Below, one piece after another: positions 23,757 to 32,210 of a stretch of 32,210 nt of DNA. Made by a program: the position numbers and the translations under genes. This DNA is from a virus (taxonomy: Duplodnaviria; Caudoviricetes), in IMG/VR virus record IMGVR_UViG_3300033415_000010, positions 1 to 32,210 of that record. The stretch is one strand, 5' to 3'. The notes under the pieces were generated by a model, which had not been told where the DNA came from, did not search any database, and worked only from the letters and a program-made list of their open reading frames with translations. Within the stretch, counting starts at the first letter, position 1, and each line of letters opens with the position of its first letter.

Positions 23757-23963
23757 ATGAATCAAAACATACTTAAGTCACTGCACCAACGCACGGAACT
23801 CCTGGCGAAGGACCCCAACTCCCGGTTCGCACCTCTTACCGTGGTGTTTCGGGACGAGGAGATCGTGGACGCGCTCATCCAGCTCACGGGTTTGTACCGG
23901 GACCAGTTGGATGACATTACCCGGGTCCAAGAGGCGTTACATGCCAAGCAACACGCCACCTGA
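23757..23963 (+). CDS. hypothetical protein
   Basis: 68 aa; stop overlaps the next start (TGATG). Confidence 0.65.
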   Translation: MNQNILKSLHQRTELLAKDPNSRFAPLTVVFRDEEIVDALIQLTGLYRDQLDDITRVQEALHAKQHAT

Positions 23964-24436
23964 TGCGCTGCCTCGGCATAGACTTGGGCGAACACACGGG
24001 GATCGGGGTCCTCGACTCCCCGTATCGCTTCGTCCACTGCGAACTCCTGCACCTGAAGCCCGGGCGCTTCGACAGCTACGGAACCAAGTTCCTCCTGCTC
24101 GACAAACGCATCCGGGAACTCATTGCGGAGTTCAAACCCGACCTCGTGGCCTTTGAAATCTGGCGGCACCACAAAGGGCTTCAAGCCGCCCAGGTGCTCG
24201 GCGGATATTCGGCCACACTCACGCGAGTCCTTGCGGACCCCGGTATGCCCCCCGGCATCGGGCTCGAAGTTGGTACAATCAAGAAACACGCCACGGGGCT
24301 CCACAGCGCAAACAAAAGTCTCATGCAGCAGTCCGCTTCGCTCCTGTGGCCCAAGGCACGAATTGAATCAGACGATGTGGCCGACGCGCTGCACATGGCG
24401 CGACTCGGCATCCACCAAGTCTCCCCCACAAGATGA
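23963..24436 (+). CDS. ruvC: RuvC-like Holliday junction resolvase
   Basis: LGIDLG..TG, FKPDLVAFE, IKKHATG..SANK, DDVADA. Confidence 0.85.
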   Translation: MRCLGIDLGEHTGIGVLDSPYRFVHCELLHLKPGRFDSYGTKFLLLDKRIRELIAEFKPDLVAFEIWRHHKGLQAAQVLGGYSATLTRVLADPGMPPGIGLEVGTIKKHATGLHSANKSLMQQSASLLWPKARIESDDVADALHMARLGIHQVSPTR

Positions 24437-24879
24437 AACCTACTTTCGGAACTCTCGATATTCCTGAACCTCGACCTCTTTCCTCCATGAAATTCCCTGC
24501 GACTATCAAAACGTGGATACGAGACCTGCTTGAAATCGGGGACCCCCAATCCCCGAGAAATCGAACAACCGCTTTTCAGATCGCCCTGACTGATGAGCTG
24601 GTAGACCACCCCGAGAACTGGTGGGTGGAGGGTAAGTCGGACGGCTCCTTCGTCGCCAAGCACAACAAGGTGAAGCATATTACTCTTGTTGCGGGTAACT
24701 CCAAGTTCCCGCAGGTGTCGTTTATCTCGGCCTTCGGGCGCTCCACAAAATTCACGGATGCAAACGCCCGTTTTATCTGGGCCGCTCTCAACGACCGTCA
24801 CCGAGAGAGGCTGGTGGAAGAGGAGTCGGCGGAACAGGCTCGAATACTTTCTCGCTTGCGGGACGGTGTTACTGAGTAA
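24433..24879 (+). CDS. hypothetical protein
   Basis: ATGA overlap; ends VTE-stop inside the palindromic box. Confidence 0.7.
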   Translation: MKPTFGTLDIPEPRPLSSMKFPATIKTWIRDLLEIGDPQSPRNRTTAFQIALTDELVDHPENWWVEGKSDGSFVAKHNKVKHITLVAGNSKFPQVSFISAFGRSTKFTDANARFIWAALNDRHRERLVEEESAEQARILSRLRDGVTE

Positions 24880-25658
24880 TGCTAGGTAACATCCTAATGC
24901 TGCCAGAAGACACAAATCCTGAAGACCTTGTTCCGCGTCGGATGCGCAAGCAGTACCCGCAGGCGCTGCTTCAGATGGTCGATACCGCCTTAACGACGTG
25001 TCAGGGGAATCGAGGCCATGCGGCGAACATGGTGGGGAAGACGCCGCTGGAGATGAAGAACATCATCAACAACACCCCCTGGCTGAAGTTAAAATGGCAG
25101 CTCAAGGAAACCATCCCACCAACTCCTGGAGAGGCGGTCGATATTGATAGACCGCCCCCCGTAATCGGGTCCACGCCTTCGGCTGTCGTCAAGGCTATCG
25201 AGGCACAGGACAAGATTATCCAAAAGGGTTTTAGGAAGATGGGGTATTCCGAAGACGAGGTTCTTTTCTTCGAGGCGCTACAGACCGAGGTGGCGGGGAA
25301 CATCAAGGGCATCCTCGATCTGACTTTCGGCGGTGCCGCTCACAGCACCATGAAGTCCCTCATCATGATGAGGAAGATGGAGGAAACGCTCGCGGATATA
25401 GATGAGCACCCGGAGAAGTATCGGAAGGTCGCATACACTCGGGAAGGCACGGAGTATGAAGTGGAGAACGAGCACGACTACCGCCTCAAGGTGTGGAAGC
25501 ACTACATGAATTTCGCGGATCTTCAGAGGAAGATGAACATCTCGGTCAATGAGGCCACGAAGACCCGGCTCATGGCGCAGAAACTCCAGCAGGAGATGCG
25601 TGGCAAGGACACCGGGCCGAAGACTGTGGCTGGGTGGGAAACTCCTGGGACTGAATGA
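24879..25658 (+). CDS. probable terminase small subunit with Fis-like HTH (alternative start at 24897)
   Basis: ALTTCQGNRGHAANMVG HTH; helical body; ATGA-coupled to TerL. Confidence 0.55.
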   Translation: MLGNILMLPEDTNPEDLVPRRMRKQYPQALLQMVDTALTTCQGNRGHAANMVGKTPLEMKNIINNTPWLKLKWQLKETIPPTPGEAVDIDRPPPVIGSTPSAVVKAIEAQDKIIQKGFRKMGYSEDEVLFFEALQTEVAGNIKGILDLTFGGAAHSTMKSLIMMRKMEETLADIDEHPEKYRKVAYTREGTEYEVENEHDYRLKVWKHYMNFADLQRKMNISVNEATKTRLMAQKLQQEMRGKDTGPKTVAGWETPGTE

Positions 25659-27202
25659 GCGACTCCGAAAACTTCCAAGAGATTTCCGATGTTGAACTTG
25701 CCCAGTTGCTGGTCAATTCCGCAGAACCGCCCCCCGATGACCCGGAGGAGCCGACTAAGTGGCTCCCAAACCTCACACCGAAGCAGATGGAAGTCTTCTT
25801 CGATCTTACGCAAAACCTTCTAGCTCCGGGCAATAGGTACTCTGGGAAGGGGTTTTCTACAGGGTACGCGGCGGTTAAGCACGCCTATGATTATCACAAC
25901 GCGCTGGTGTTGGCGGTGGTGAAGTCGAAGCGTCAGGCACTAACTGGGGGGTGGTATAGCAAATTATCTGCGGAAATACTTCCCGACTTCGCCCGTAACG
26001 TAAAGGGGTTTATTTATCGAGGCCCTCGGACCACCGCAGAGAAGGACCTTATCATCGAGGTGCAGAATCGGTACGGGAGCTGGAGTATCATCCAGCTCAT
26101 GTCCATCATGCACGACCAAGAGGTAGAGAAGAAAACCAAAGGAATCGAAGCGTCCTTGGTTTATGTGGACGAAATCAATCTTTTCTCTCTTCAAGAGGTA
26201 CACTCGCAACTCGCCAATACTCTGGGCAGAAGAAACCATATCCCGCCAGAGGCACAGCGCCTCATGGCTACTTGTAACCCAGATAGTCCGAAACATTGGG
26301 TTTACCAAGCCTGGTTTGTTGAGGGAAAAAACGACCCAGCCTTCCGAGTCATTGAGATTCGCAAAGAGGATAATCCAGACCCAAAGGTAGAGGCGTACTA
26401 TAATCGTCTGAAGGTCACCCTTAGAAACAATCCGACGAAGTACAAGAGGGACATCGAGGGGGTCTGGTGCGAGGCCCCAGACGGAGACGCCATCTTTGGC
26501 GATGTTTTCGTGCCGGATTTTCATGTGAAGGGGGACCTTCAACGGGAGGAGTTTCTCCACCCCCGGGCAGGCATTCGTTGCGTGGTGGGCCTCGATATTG
26601 GCGACACGAATCATGGAGTGGTTTTTCTTCAAGAGCGGGTCACGAAGGATCGCATCATCTGGATCGCCTTCGATGAGATCGTGCATGTCGGCAAGCGGGT
26701 GAAGCAGGAGTCTCTGACATTCTCGATCATGTCGAAAATGCAGTATTGGTCTGAGCTGGTTGGCTGCGATTTTCAGTGGTCCTTCATCTCGGACAAGAGC
26801 GCCTTCGACCGCTACCGGAGCGGCACCGGAAGTTTCGACCACCTGGAGATTCAGAAATTCAGCAAGGCGCTGCTCCCGAAGTTTTCCCGCATTAAGCAGC
26901 CGATCAAGATGCTTGAATGTCCGAAGCCCATGGGGAGCGTCAGCACGAGGAGCCGAATCCTGATCGACCTTCTCTCGGAAGAGAGGTTCTTCGTCTCGGC
27001 CAAATGTACCCAGCTCCAGGATATGCTCCTCAACATCACGGGCACGAAGGAGGACCCGTTCGTCCCGAACACGCACAGCGTCTACAAGCACGCCTTGGAC
27101 GCCTGCACCTACCCCCTTCTGTATATGAACGTCGGCGGGTCGGTTGTGGCAGAGACGGCAGCTTCAGACAACAAACCCCAAGTATTGGCGGTGGGCGGGT
27201 AG
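25655..27202 (+). CDS. terL: terminase large subunit
   Basis: Walker A GNRYSGKG, Walker B VYVDE, TCNP..P.HWVY, DNP, nuclease GLDIG and HALDA. Confidence 0.92.
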   Translation: MSDSENFQEISDVELAQLLVNSAEPPPDDPEEPTKWLPNLTPKQMEVFFDLTQNLLAPGNRYSGKGFSTGYAAVKHAYDYHNALVLAVVKSKRQALTGGWYSKLSAEILPDFARNVKGFIYRGPRTTAEKDLIIEVQNRYGSWSIIQLMSIMHDQEVEKKTKGIEASLVYVDEINLFSLQEVHSQLANTLGRRNHIPPEAQRLMATCNPDSPKHWVYQAWFVEGKNDPAFRVIEIRKEDNPDPKVEAYYNRLKVTLRNNPTKYKRDIEGVWCEAPDGDAIFGDVFVPDFHVKGDLQREEFLHPRAGIRCVVGLDIGDTNHGVVFLQERVTKDRIIWIAFDEIVHVGKRVKQESLTFSIMSKMQYWSELVGCDFQWSFISDKSAFDRYRSGTGSFDHLEIQKFSKALLPKFSRIKQPIKMLECPKPMGSVSTRSRILIDLLSEERFFVSAKCTQLQDMLLNITGTKEDPFVPNTHSVYKHALDACTYPLLYMNVGGSVVAETAASDNKPQVLAVGG

Positions 27203-27248
27203 ACAAATTTGATTTGCCTTAAGTGTTACTAGGTAATAACCAACCCCC

Positions 27249-27566
27249 ATGAACTCACCGAATGAACTTCGTCTCGATCTTTCCGGCAACGAGGACGTGG
27301 CCGCAGCCCTCGAATCATACTATGTCGGGGATGACTATTGCATTACGATCTGTGGCAAGGTCACCAGCAAGGACGACCAGACTTTTGTCGGCAGCATTGA
27401 CGAGATCGAGCATGACCAGGCCGAAGATGGCGAAGAGGCCAGCGAGGTGAACTCGGACGCACCCGTCATAGCCATGATGGTTGCCCGAAAGAAATCCGGC
27501 AAGAGCGGCCCCGTGAAAGTTCAAGTTGAGAAGGACGATGCGGAAGAAACGGATACCGAAACTTGA
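27249..27566 (+). CDS. acidic hypothetical protein
   Basis: 105 aa, Asp/Glu-rich; preceded by the palindromic box. Confidence 0.7.
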   Translation: MNSPNELRLDLSGNEDVAAALESYYVGDDYCITICGKVTSKDDQTFVGSIDEIEHDQAEDGEEASEVNSDAPVIAMMVARKKSGKSGPVKVQVEKDDAEETDTET

Positions 27567-27861
27567 AGATGTTCGGTACACCCTTAAGTGGCACCTCATT
27601 GACGCGCATTACAAGACGCTTGAAGAGGATCTCCACTGGACGGTGCCCCGGTATCGGATGCTTTGCACGGGCCTCTCACTCACTGAGCACGAGCTTGGGG
27701 CCTTCATCCGAGCGAGAGTTGGCGAGGTCGAGCGGTGGCTCAGGCTCGGGGAATTTCCCGCCCCCGTCGAGCTTCACCTGACCCTGATTGAGCGGGCGGT
27801 TCTCAAAAAGCCCGGGCAACCCCTTTTCCCACGACTCACATGCACGACTTCGACATCCTAA
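27538..27861 (+). CDS. HTH-like hypothetical protein
   Basis: GLSLTEHELGAFIRARVGEVERWL resembles an XRE-type HTH. Confidence 0.6.
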   Translation: MRKKRIPKLEDVRYTLKWHLIDAHYKTLEEDLHWTVPRYRMLCTGLSLTEHELGAFIRARVGEVERWLRLGEFPAPVELHLTLIERAVLKKPGQPLFPRLTCTTSTS

Positions 27862-30203
27862 AGCACTACGGTTCCACACCCCAGAGAATCCGGGATGTCT
27901 TTACGTCCCAGGACGGGGAGAATTTTGAAATCCGACAGAAGTGGGAGAAGCGTATCCAGAGTCGGATACACGAGGGGGCTCGCCATAACCTAAACCACTA
28001 TTCTTTCTTCGCCGCGAGCGACCTTGCCTGGGACTCGAATGTTATCTCGAAGATGCTGGTCCCCCTCCAGCTCTATGCCCAAGGACGGGTCCAGCTCGAA
28101 TACGTCAAGAACGAGCTGAAGGACGTTCCCCAAGAGGTTCGGGACCAGATTGCAAAGACCGACCCCAAGACTAATGAGATTACCGGTCTCAATATCCCTG
28201 AGTTTTTCAAGGTTAGTTTCAACTTGGTCCGTTCGCTTATCACCCGCAGATGCGCGGCCATCACCTCAAATTACAGCGGCAACTACCCCTTTTTCAAATA
28301 CGACCCCCGCAGCACGAGTCAGGTGGCAAAACTTCGTGCTGATGTGCTCTCCCAGCGGGTACAGATGATCGTTGACCAGTACGGATACCAGCACGACCTC
28401 GTTCAGACGATTCGGGAAATGTTGCTCTACCCGTTTTCGGTCGAGTTCGTCAGCGGCGGCTGGGACGTGGAGTTGACCATCGCCAAGAAGGAGCTTCGTG
28501 CGGAGCTTCAGAATGAGCAGAACCAGCTTTTCGAGTCCCGGGTCACCCGGGAGGGCATCCTTTTCAACCGTCCCCACCCCAGCCGTATCTTCTGGGATTA
28601 CACCAGTTCCCTGAACTCGCTAAACTTCGACACCGGGGTCCAGTACATCGGGTACTGGAACGTCCTCCCGTATCGAAATCTCTGTGACAACACTGCTTTC
28701 TTCAACCGGGACAAGATCGAGTACAGCTACAACGTCAGTACGCTGCTCAATGGGTACAATGCATATTGGGAACTGTACTTCTCCAGCTCTCCGGTAAACT
28801 TCCCCGACGGCAAGGCCACGGGAATACTCGATCTCGCCGGGGAGAACGACCGGAACAAGGTCGCAGGGCGCTACACTTCGGAGATGCAGGATCGCTCGAT
28901 CTTCCTGACGGAGTATTTCGAGCGCATCATCCCCAAAGACCACGGCCTCGGAGACTACCCCTGCCCGATCTGGGTCCGCCTCGTCGTTGCTGGTGGCCTA
29001 ACCGTCATCTACGGAGAGTTTTTGCCAGATACCCCCGGCGTCGTCTACCAGTACAATAATCACGACGGTAGGGTGCTCAACAACGCTTTCGCCACGGACA
29101 TCATACCGTACCAAGACCAGCTCTCAAACATGTTGACCAACCTCCTGCACGCGCAGAAGGCCGCATCAATCAAGGTCATTTCGGCGGACATTGACCAGAT
29201 CAACGACCCCGAGCAGCTTAAGATGGTGAGGGAGCAGGTTCAGGGTGACGGAGTTTACACGAAACCTCTTTGGGTTGAGTATAAGGGGGCACAGTATTCT
29301 GAGATCGGGGTCAGGCCCCGTGAAGTAATCACCGTTTCTGAGACTTCTGCCATCAATGATGTGACGATGTACCTGCGTTCTGCGGCTCAAGTCATCTCTA
29401 TGGCGGAGAGGAATCTTGGGGCGAGCGCAAACGAGGCTGCTCAGAGTGAACCTCGTGAAGTTTCTGCCACAGAGAACGCGAATATCGCTACCACGGTCAA
29501 CACTACCATCAATTTCATGGGGCTTGGAGTGGATGAGGGCCTCGATGCCAAGAAGCGCATCGTCTACAAGGGGCTCATGGCCCGTGGATCGACCAAGATT
29601 CAGGTGCCCGTGGCGAACAGGTATCTCGAAGCGACCATCAAGGCCGCAGGTTTTGACTTCGTTCCCGAGGAAAACGACCAGCAGGTCGGTACGAACCTCA
29701 CCGATCCGAAGCGATTCACCATCCTCGGCACAAAACAGCAGCTCGAATACGAGTATGCGTTCACTTCCCGAGAGGGTTCCGAGCGTTCCAGCAACGCCAA
29801 GGCAGCGGAAGTCTTGGTTAATCTCCTGGCTCAGATAGCCAGCATCCCGAATGTGCTGCAAGACCTCGGCAAGGAACAGCTCTATGCCTTCCTAAACGAG
29901 GTTGTACGGCTGAGCGGGGCGAGTGTGGACCTCCGTTTCGGATTAAAGGATGGTGAGAGTGAGCAGGTGAAGACGGGAGACCCGACTACGGACAATTTCA
30001 AGAGCGTTGAAGCGGCCATCCAGCAGATCACGCAGGCGATTCAGGCGGATCGAGGAATGATCCAGCAGATTGCCCAGACGCTCGCCCAACTTACCGGGGC
30101 TCCAGCAGCCGCCACACCTGCCGCAGCACCTGCACCCGGCGCCGCCGCCACACCTGCCGCAGCACCTGCACCCGGCGCCGCCGCACCGACCCCTCCGATC
30201 TAA
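27840..30203 (+). CDS. portal protein
   Basis: 787 aa downstream of TerL; DIIPYQDQLS and SATE motifs typical of P22-like portals; Gln/Ala/Pro-rich tail. Confidence 0.78.
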   Translation: MHDFDILKHYGSTPQRIRDVFTSQDGENFEIRQKWEKRIQSRIHEGARHNLNHYSFFAASDLAWDSNVISKMLVPLQLYAQGRVQLEYVKNELKDVPQEVRDQIAKTDPKTNEITGLNIPEFFKVSFNLVRSLITRRCAAITSNYSGNYPFFKYDPRSTSQVAKLRADVLSQRVQMIVDQYGYQHDLVQTIREMLLYPFSVEFVSGGWDVELTIAKKELRAELQNEQNQLFESRVTREGILFNRPHPSRIFWDYTSSLNSLNFDTGVQYIGYWNVLPYRNLCDNTAFFNRDKIEYSYNVSTLLNGYNAYWELYFSSSPVNFPDGKATGILDLAGENDRNKVAGRYTSEMQDRSIFLTEYFERIIPKDHGLGDYPCPIWVRLVVAGGLTVIYGEFLPDTPGVVYQYNNHDGRVLNNAFATDIIPYQDQLSNMLTNLLHAQKAASIKVISADIDQINDPEQLKMVREQVQGDGVYTKPLWVEYKGAQYSEIGVRPREVITVSETSAINDVTMYLRSAAQVISMAERNLGASANEAAQSEPREVSATENANIATTVNTTINFMGLGVDEGLDAKKRIVYKGLMARGSTKIQVPVANRYLEATIKAAGFDFVPEENDQQVGTNLTDPKRFTILGTKQQLEYEYAFTSREGSERSSNAKAAEVLVNLLAQIASIPNVLQDLGKEQLYAFLNEVVRLSGASVDLRFGLKDGESEQVKTGDPTTDNFKSVEAAIQQITQAIQADRGMIQQIAQTLAQLTGAPAAATPAAAPAPGAAATPAAAPAPGAAAPTPPI
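30108..30179 (+). repeat. 36-bp tandem duplication in portal C-terminus
   Basis: GCCGCCACACCTGCCGCAGCACCTGCACCCGGCGCC x2 (AATPAAAPAPGA). Confidence 0.9.
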
Positions 30204-30206
30204 TTT

Positions 30207-31544
30207 ATGGATACCACACCCGTACCCACCCAAACACCAGCCGCAGCGGCTGCGCCCACTACCACCCCAACAGCTCCCGTAACCAAAGACCCCGTCAAGG
30301 CGGGGCTTTTGGCCTCGGTTCTCGGTCTTGTTGAGAAGGAAAAGAAGCCTGTGGAGGAGAAGAAGCCCGGGACTCCTGCGGATCTCAAGGTAGAAGCCTC
30401 TCCTAAGAAAGTTGCGGTCAAAGTCCGCGAGAAAAAGCCCGACCCCGCCCCTGAACGCGCACCGCAACCTCTCTTTGACGAAGCAAAACTTGAGGAGGTA
30501 GTCAAACGGGCGATCAAACCAGAATCCGTCCAAGCCCCGGTTGTCCCGAGCGTACCCGACCCGACGGATCTCACCGATGCGGAGCGCGAGGAGTACGAGC
30601 TGGCCAAGTATTTTGAAGAGAAAGACCCTTCTAAGAAAGGTCTGACACAAGAACTCTCGGCCTTTTACAGGAAACAGAAGGAGTTTTTGGAAAAGCGCGC
30701 AGAAGAAGAGGGTTCAGACTACGACCCTTCCACCGACGTAGCCTTCAAGAAGTTTATCGAGAAGAACTCCCCGAAGTTTGGTGCTGGGGAACGTAGGCGA
30801 GCCCGGGAGATGAAGCTGGTTGAAGAGACCGAGCGCAGGGCTAGTGAACGCACCCGCGCTGAAGTGGACCCAAAAATCAAAAAGTTGGAGGACGACCTCC
30901 GGGAGACTCGGGAGCGTCCTCATATTGAACGTAGAATCGGGGACTTTGTCGCTGAAGTCACCCGCTCTATGCCGCAAGAGGTTTTGGGTTTCCATGCGAA
31001 GAACGGTAACGACATTACCAAGACGCGGGAGGCGTTCCCCGTGGAAGTCGAGGTCATCACCGATACCACCGAGGGGGCTAAGCGACTTGCGGGGGAATAT
31101 CTCGCGATTCGTCGGGGGTTGAAGGAGCCCTCCCACAAAGACCCCGGGCATACCCTGCTCGCAAACTTGGTCGATTCACAGGCACAGGAGCTTATCAAGA
31201 CGGGACGCCCGGAGTATCTTACCCGCAACGGAAAGCAGTTTATACACCCCTCTCGCATGACCCCCGCCCTTGAGCGGACACACTGGACTTTTGATGAGAA
31301 TGACGTTCTGACGCTCATCAAATACGCAGCCCGTAGGGAGGCGAACGATAGAATTTCGGCTCGATACCAAGAGCTGGATCGTCTCGGAGAAGCCAAGAAA
31401 AAGCGTGTTTCTACACTTAGTGGAGCGGGGAAAACGCCTGAAGTTCCTGAAGCGTCCCCTCGAAGTGGCGCGGCAACTCCTTCAGGAGGACCATCTTCCG
31501 GGGTAAAGTCCAAGAATACACTTCTTGGGGTGTTAGGCTTTTAA
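30207..31544 (+). CDS. probable capsid scaffolding protein
   Basis: Pro/Lys/Glu-rich, coiled-coil-like; between portal and capsid candidates. Confidence 0.6.
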   Translation: MDTTPVPTQTPAAAAAPTTTPTAPVTKDPVKAGLLASVLGLVEKEKKPVEEKKPGTPADLKVEASPKKVAVKVREKKPDPAPERAPQPLFDEAKLEEVVKRAIKPESVQAPVVPSVPDPTDLTDAEREEYELAKYFEEKDPSKKGLTQELSAFYRKQKEFLEKRAEEEGSDYDPSTDVAFKKFIEKNSPKFGAGERRRAREMKLVEETERRASERTRAEVDPKIKKLEDDLRETRERPHIERRIGDFVAEVTRSMPQEVLGFHAKNGNDITKTREAFPVEVEVITDTTEGAKRLAGEYLAIRRGLKEPSHKDPGHTLLANLVDSQAQELIKTGRPEYLTRNGKQFIHPSRMTPALERTHWTFDENDVLTLIKYAARREANDRISARYQELDRLGEAKKKRVSTLSGAGKTPEVPEASPRSGAATPSGGPSSGVKSKNTLLGVLGF

Positions 31545-31590
31545 TAGCACATATTTGTTACTGAATACTTTCAAGTAACTTTGCCTTGAG

Positions 31591-31622
31591 ATCCCGTGGG
31601 AATTATCACCCACGGGATTTTT
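31591..31622 (+). terminator. intrinsic terminator
   Basis: ATCCCGTGGG/CCCACGGGAT stem plus T-tract. Confidence 0.7.
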
Positions 31623-31666
31623 GTTATGGAATAATACGGGGTAGCAACCGCTAACAACAAACTATC

Positions 31667-32210
31667 ATGGGCGATCTACTCACAAAAGTCCGTTTGGTAA
31701 ACATTCCCGACGGTTCTTCTAATCTCACGAAGGCCACCTTTACTGGCCTTACTCCCGACCGTTTCCAGAACATGGCAACGACGGCTTATAGCGAGGCCCG
31801 CCTCTTGGCGGAAGCTGCTGAATCTTATGCTGTTGGCATCGTGGCGAAGCCTCTCGATGAGCTTCTCCTGAGCCGCATCAAGGAGGTGGATAAGAGCGCC
31901 CTCATGGAGAAAAAACTCCCGGGTGCGCAGTCTATCATTCTCCCGTACACCTACCGTAAGAGGAAGGCCAATCTCCCTGCCGATGACTTCGTGGTCACTG
32001 CCGGGGTGGTCAGCCCGAATGCAGGTAGCACGGTCAACGGCATCGTCTTTCCGACTTCTTCCTGGAACCTGAACGTCAAGTTCAGTGTGAAGTGGGGTGC
32101 TACTTTCATTGGTAGCGCGAAGTACAGCTACCTCGCCCGTATGTTCCTGAAGGGCGACTACATCTACGTCGAGTACGTCAACAAGACCGGTACCATCGGT
32201 CTTGACCGCG
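31667..32210 (+). CDS. probable major capsid protein (partial)
   Basis: Open from ATG 31667 (MGDLLTKVRLVNIPDG...) to the window end; call rests on synteny only. Confidence 0.5.
   Translation, partial: MGDLLTKVRLVNIPDGSSNLTKATFTGLTPDRFQNMATTAYSEARLLAEAAESYAVGIVAKPLDELLLSRIKEVDKSALMEKKLPGAQSIILPYTYRKRKANLPADDFVVTAGVVSPNAGSTVNGIVFPTSSWNLNVKFSVKWGATFIGSAKYSYLARMFLKGDYIYVEYVNKTGTIGLDR

Noticed and set aside
19454-29861. Long antisense ORFs (19454-20449, 25964-27091, 29166-29861 and similar; also 4002-4619)
   Set aside because: Shadow frames expected from GC-rich codon bias opposite well-supported genes
1-32210. Integrase, transposase, reverse transcriptase/DGR or alternative genetic code
   Set aside because: No such motifs seen; long genes read intact in the standard code with all three stop codons used

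Overview
A 32-kb segment of a dsDNA tailed-phage (Caudoviricetes) genome or prophage; no host chromosomal genes are visible. (1) 1-12.3 kb, minus strand: an early/accessory arm of mostly small genes, many coupled by ATGA stop/start overlaps. It includes RadC/JAB, an RHH regulator, an amidoligase plus class-II glutamine amidotransferase pair, a C5-DNA-methyltransferase-like gene and a DUF6948-like gene followed by a Gly-repeat gene. (2) 12.3-14.4 kb: a ~2-kb essentially non-coding block with a ~750-nt hairpin-dense candidate RNA/leader, a 78-bp palindrome, a recombination-site-like dyad and an iteron/AT-rich origin candidate. (3) 14.4-17.6 kb, minus strand: D5/P4-type helicase, AEP-type primase and an RHH repressor. 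(4) From 17.8 kb, plus strand: Arc-like RHH, SF2 helicase, DUF2800-like nuclease, probable SSB, an aberrant tRNA-like RNA, family A DNA polymerase, RuvC-like resolvase, TerS/TerL, portal, scaffold-like protein and the start of the probable major capsid gene. The most unusual signals are a window-wide palindromic box (WGTTACTNRGTAACA) at more than a dozen gene junctions, often fused to stop codons, together with three RHH proteins and mirror-image divergent promoters; the large structured non-coding region; and a 117-nt CCA-ending tRNA-like RNA with a D-loop insertion and no canonical anticodon loop. All family calls come from motif recognition by eye, not from database searches.
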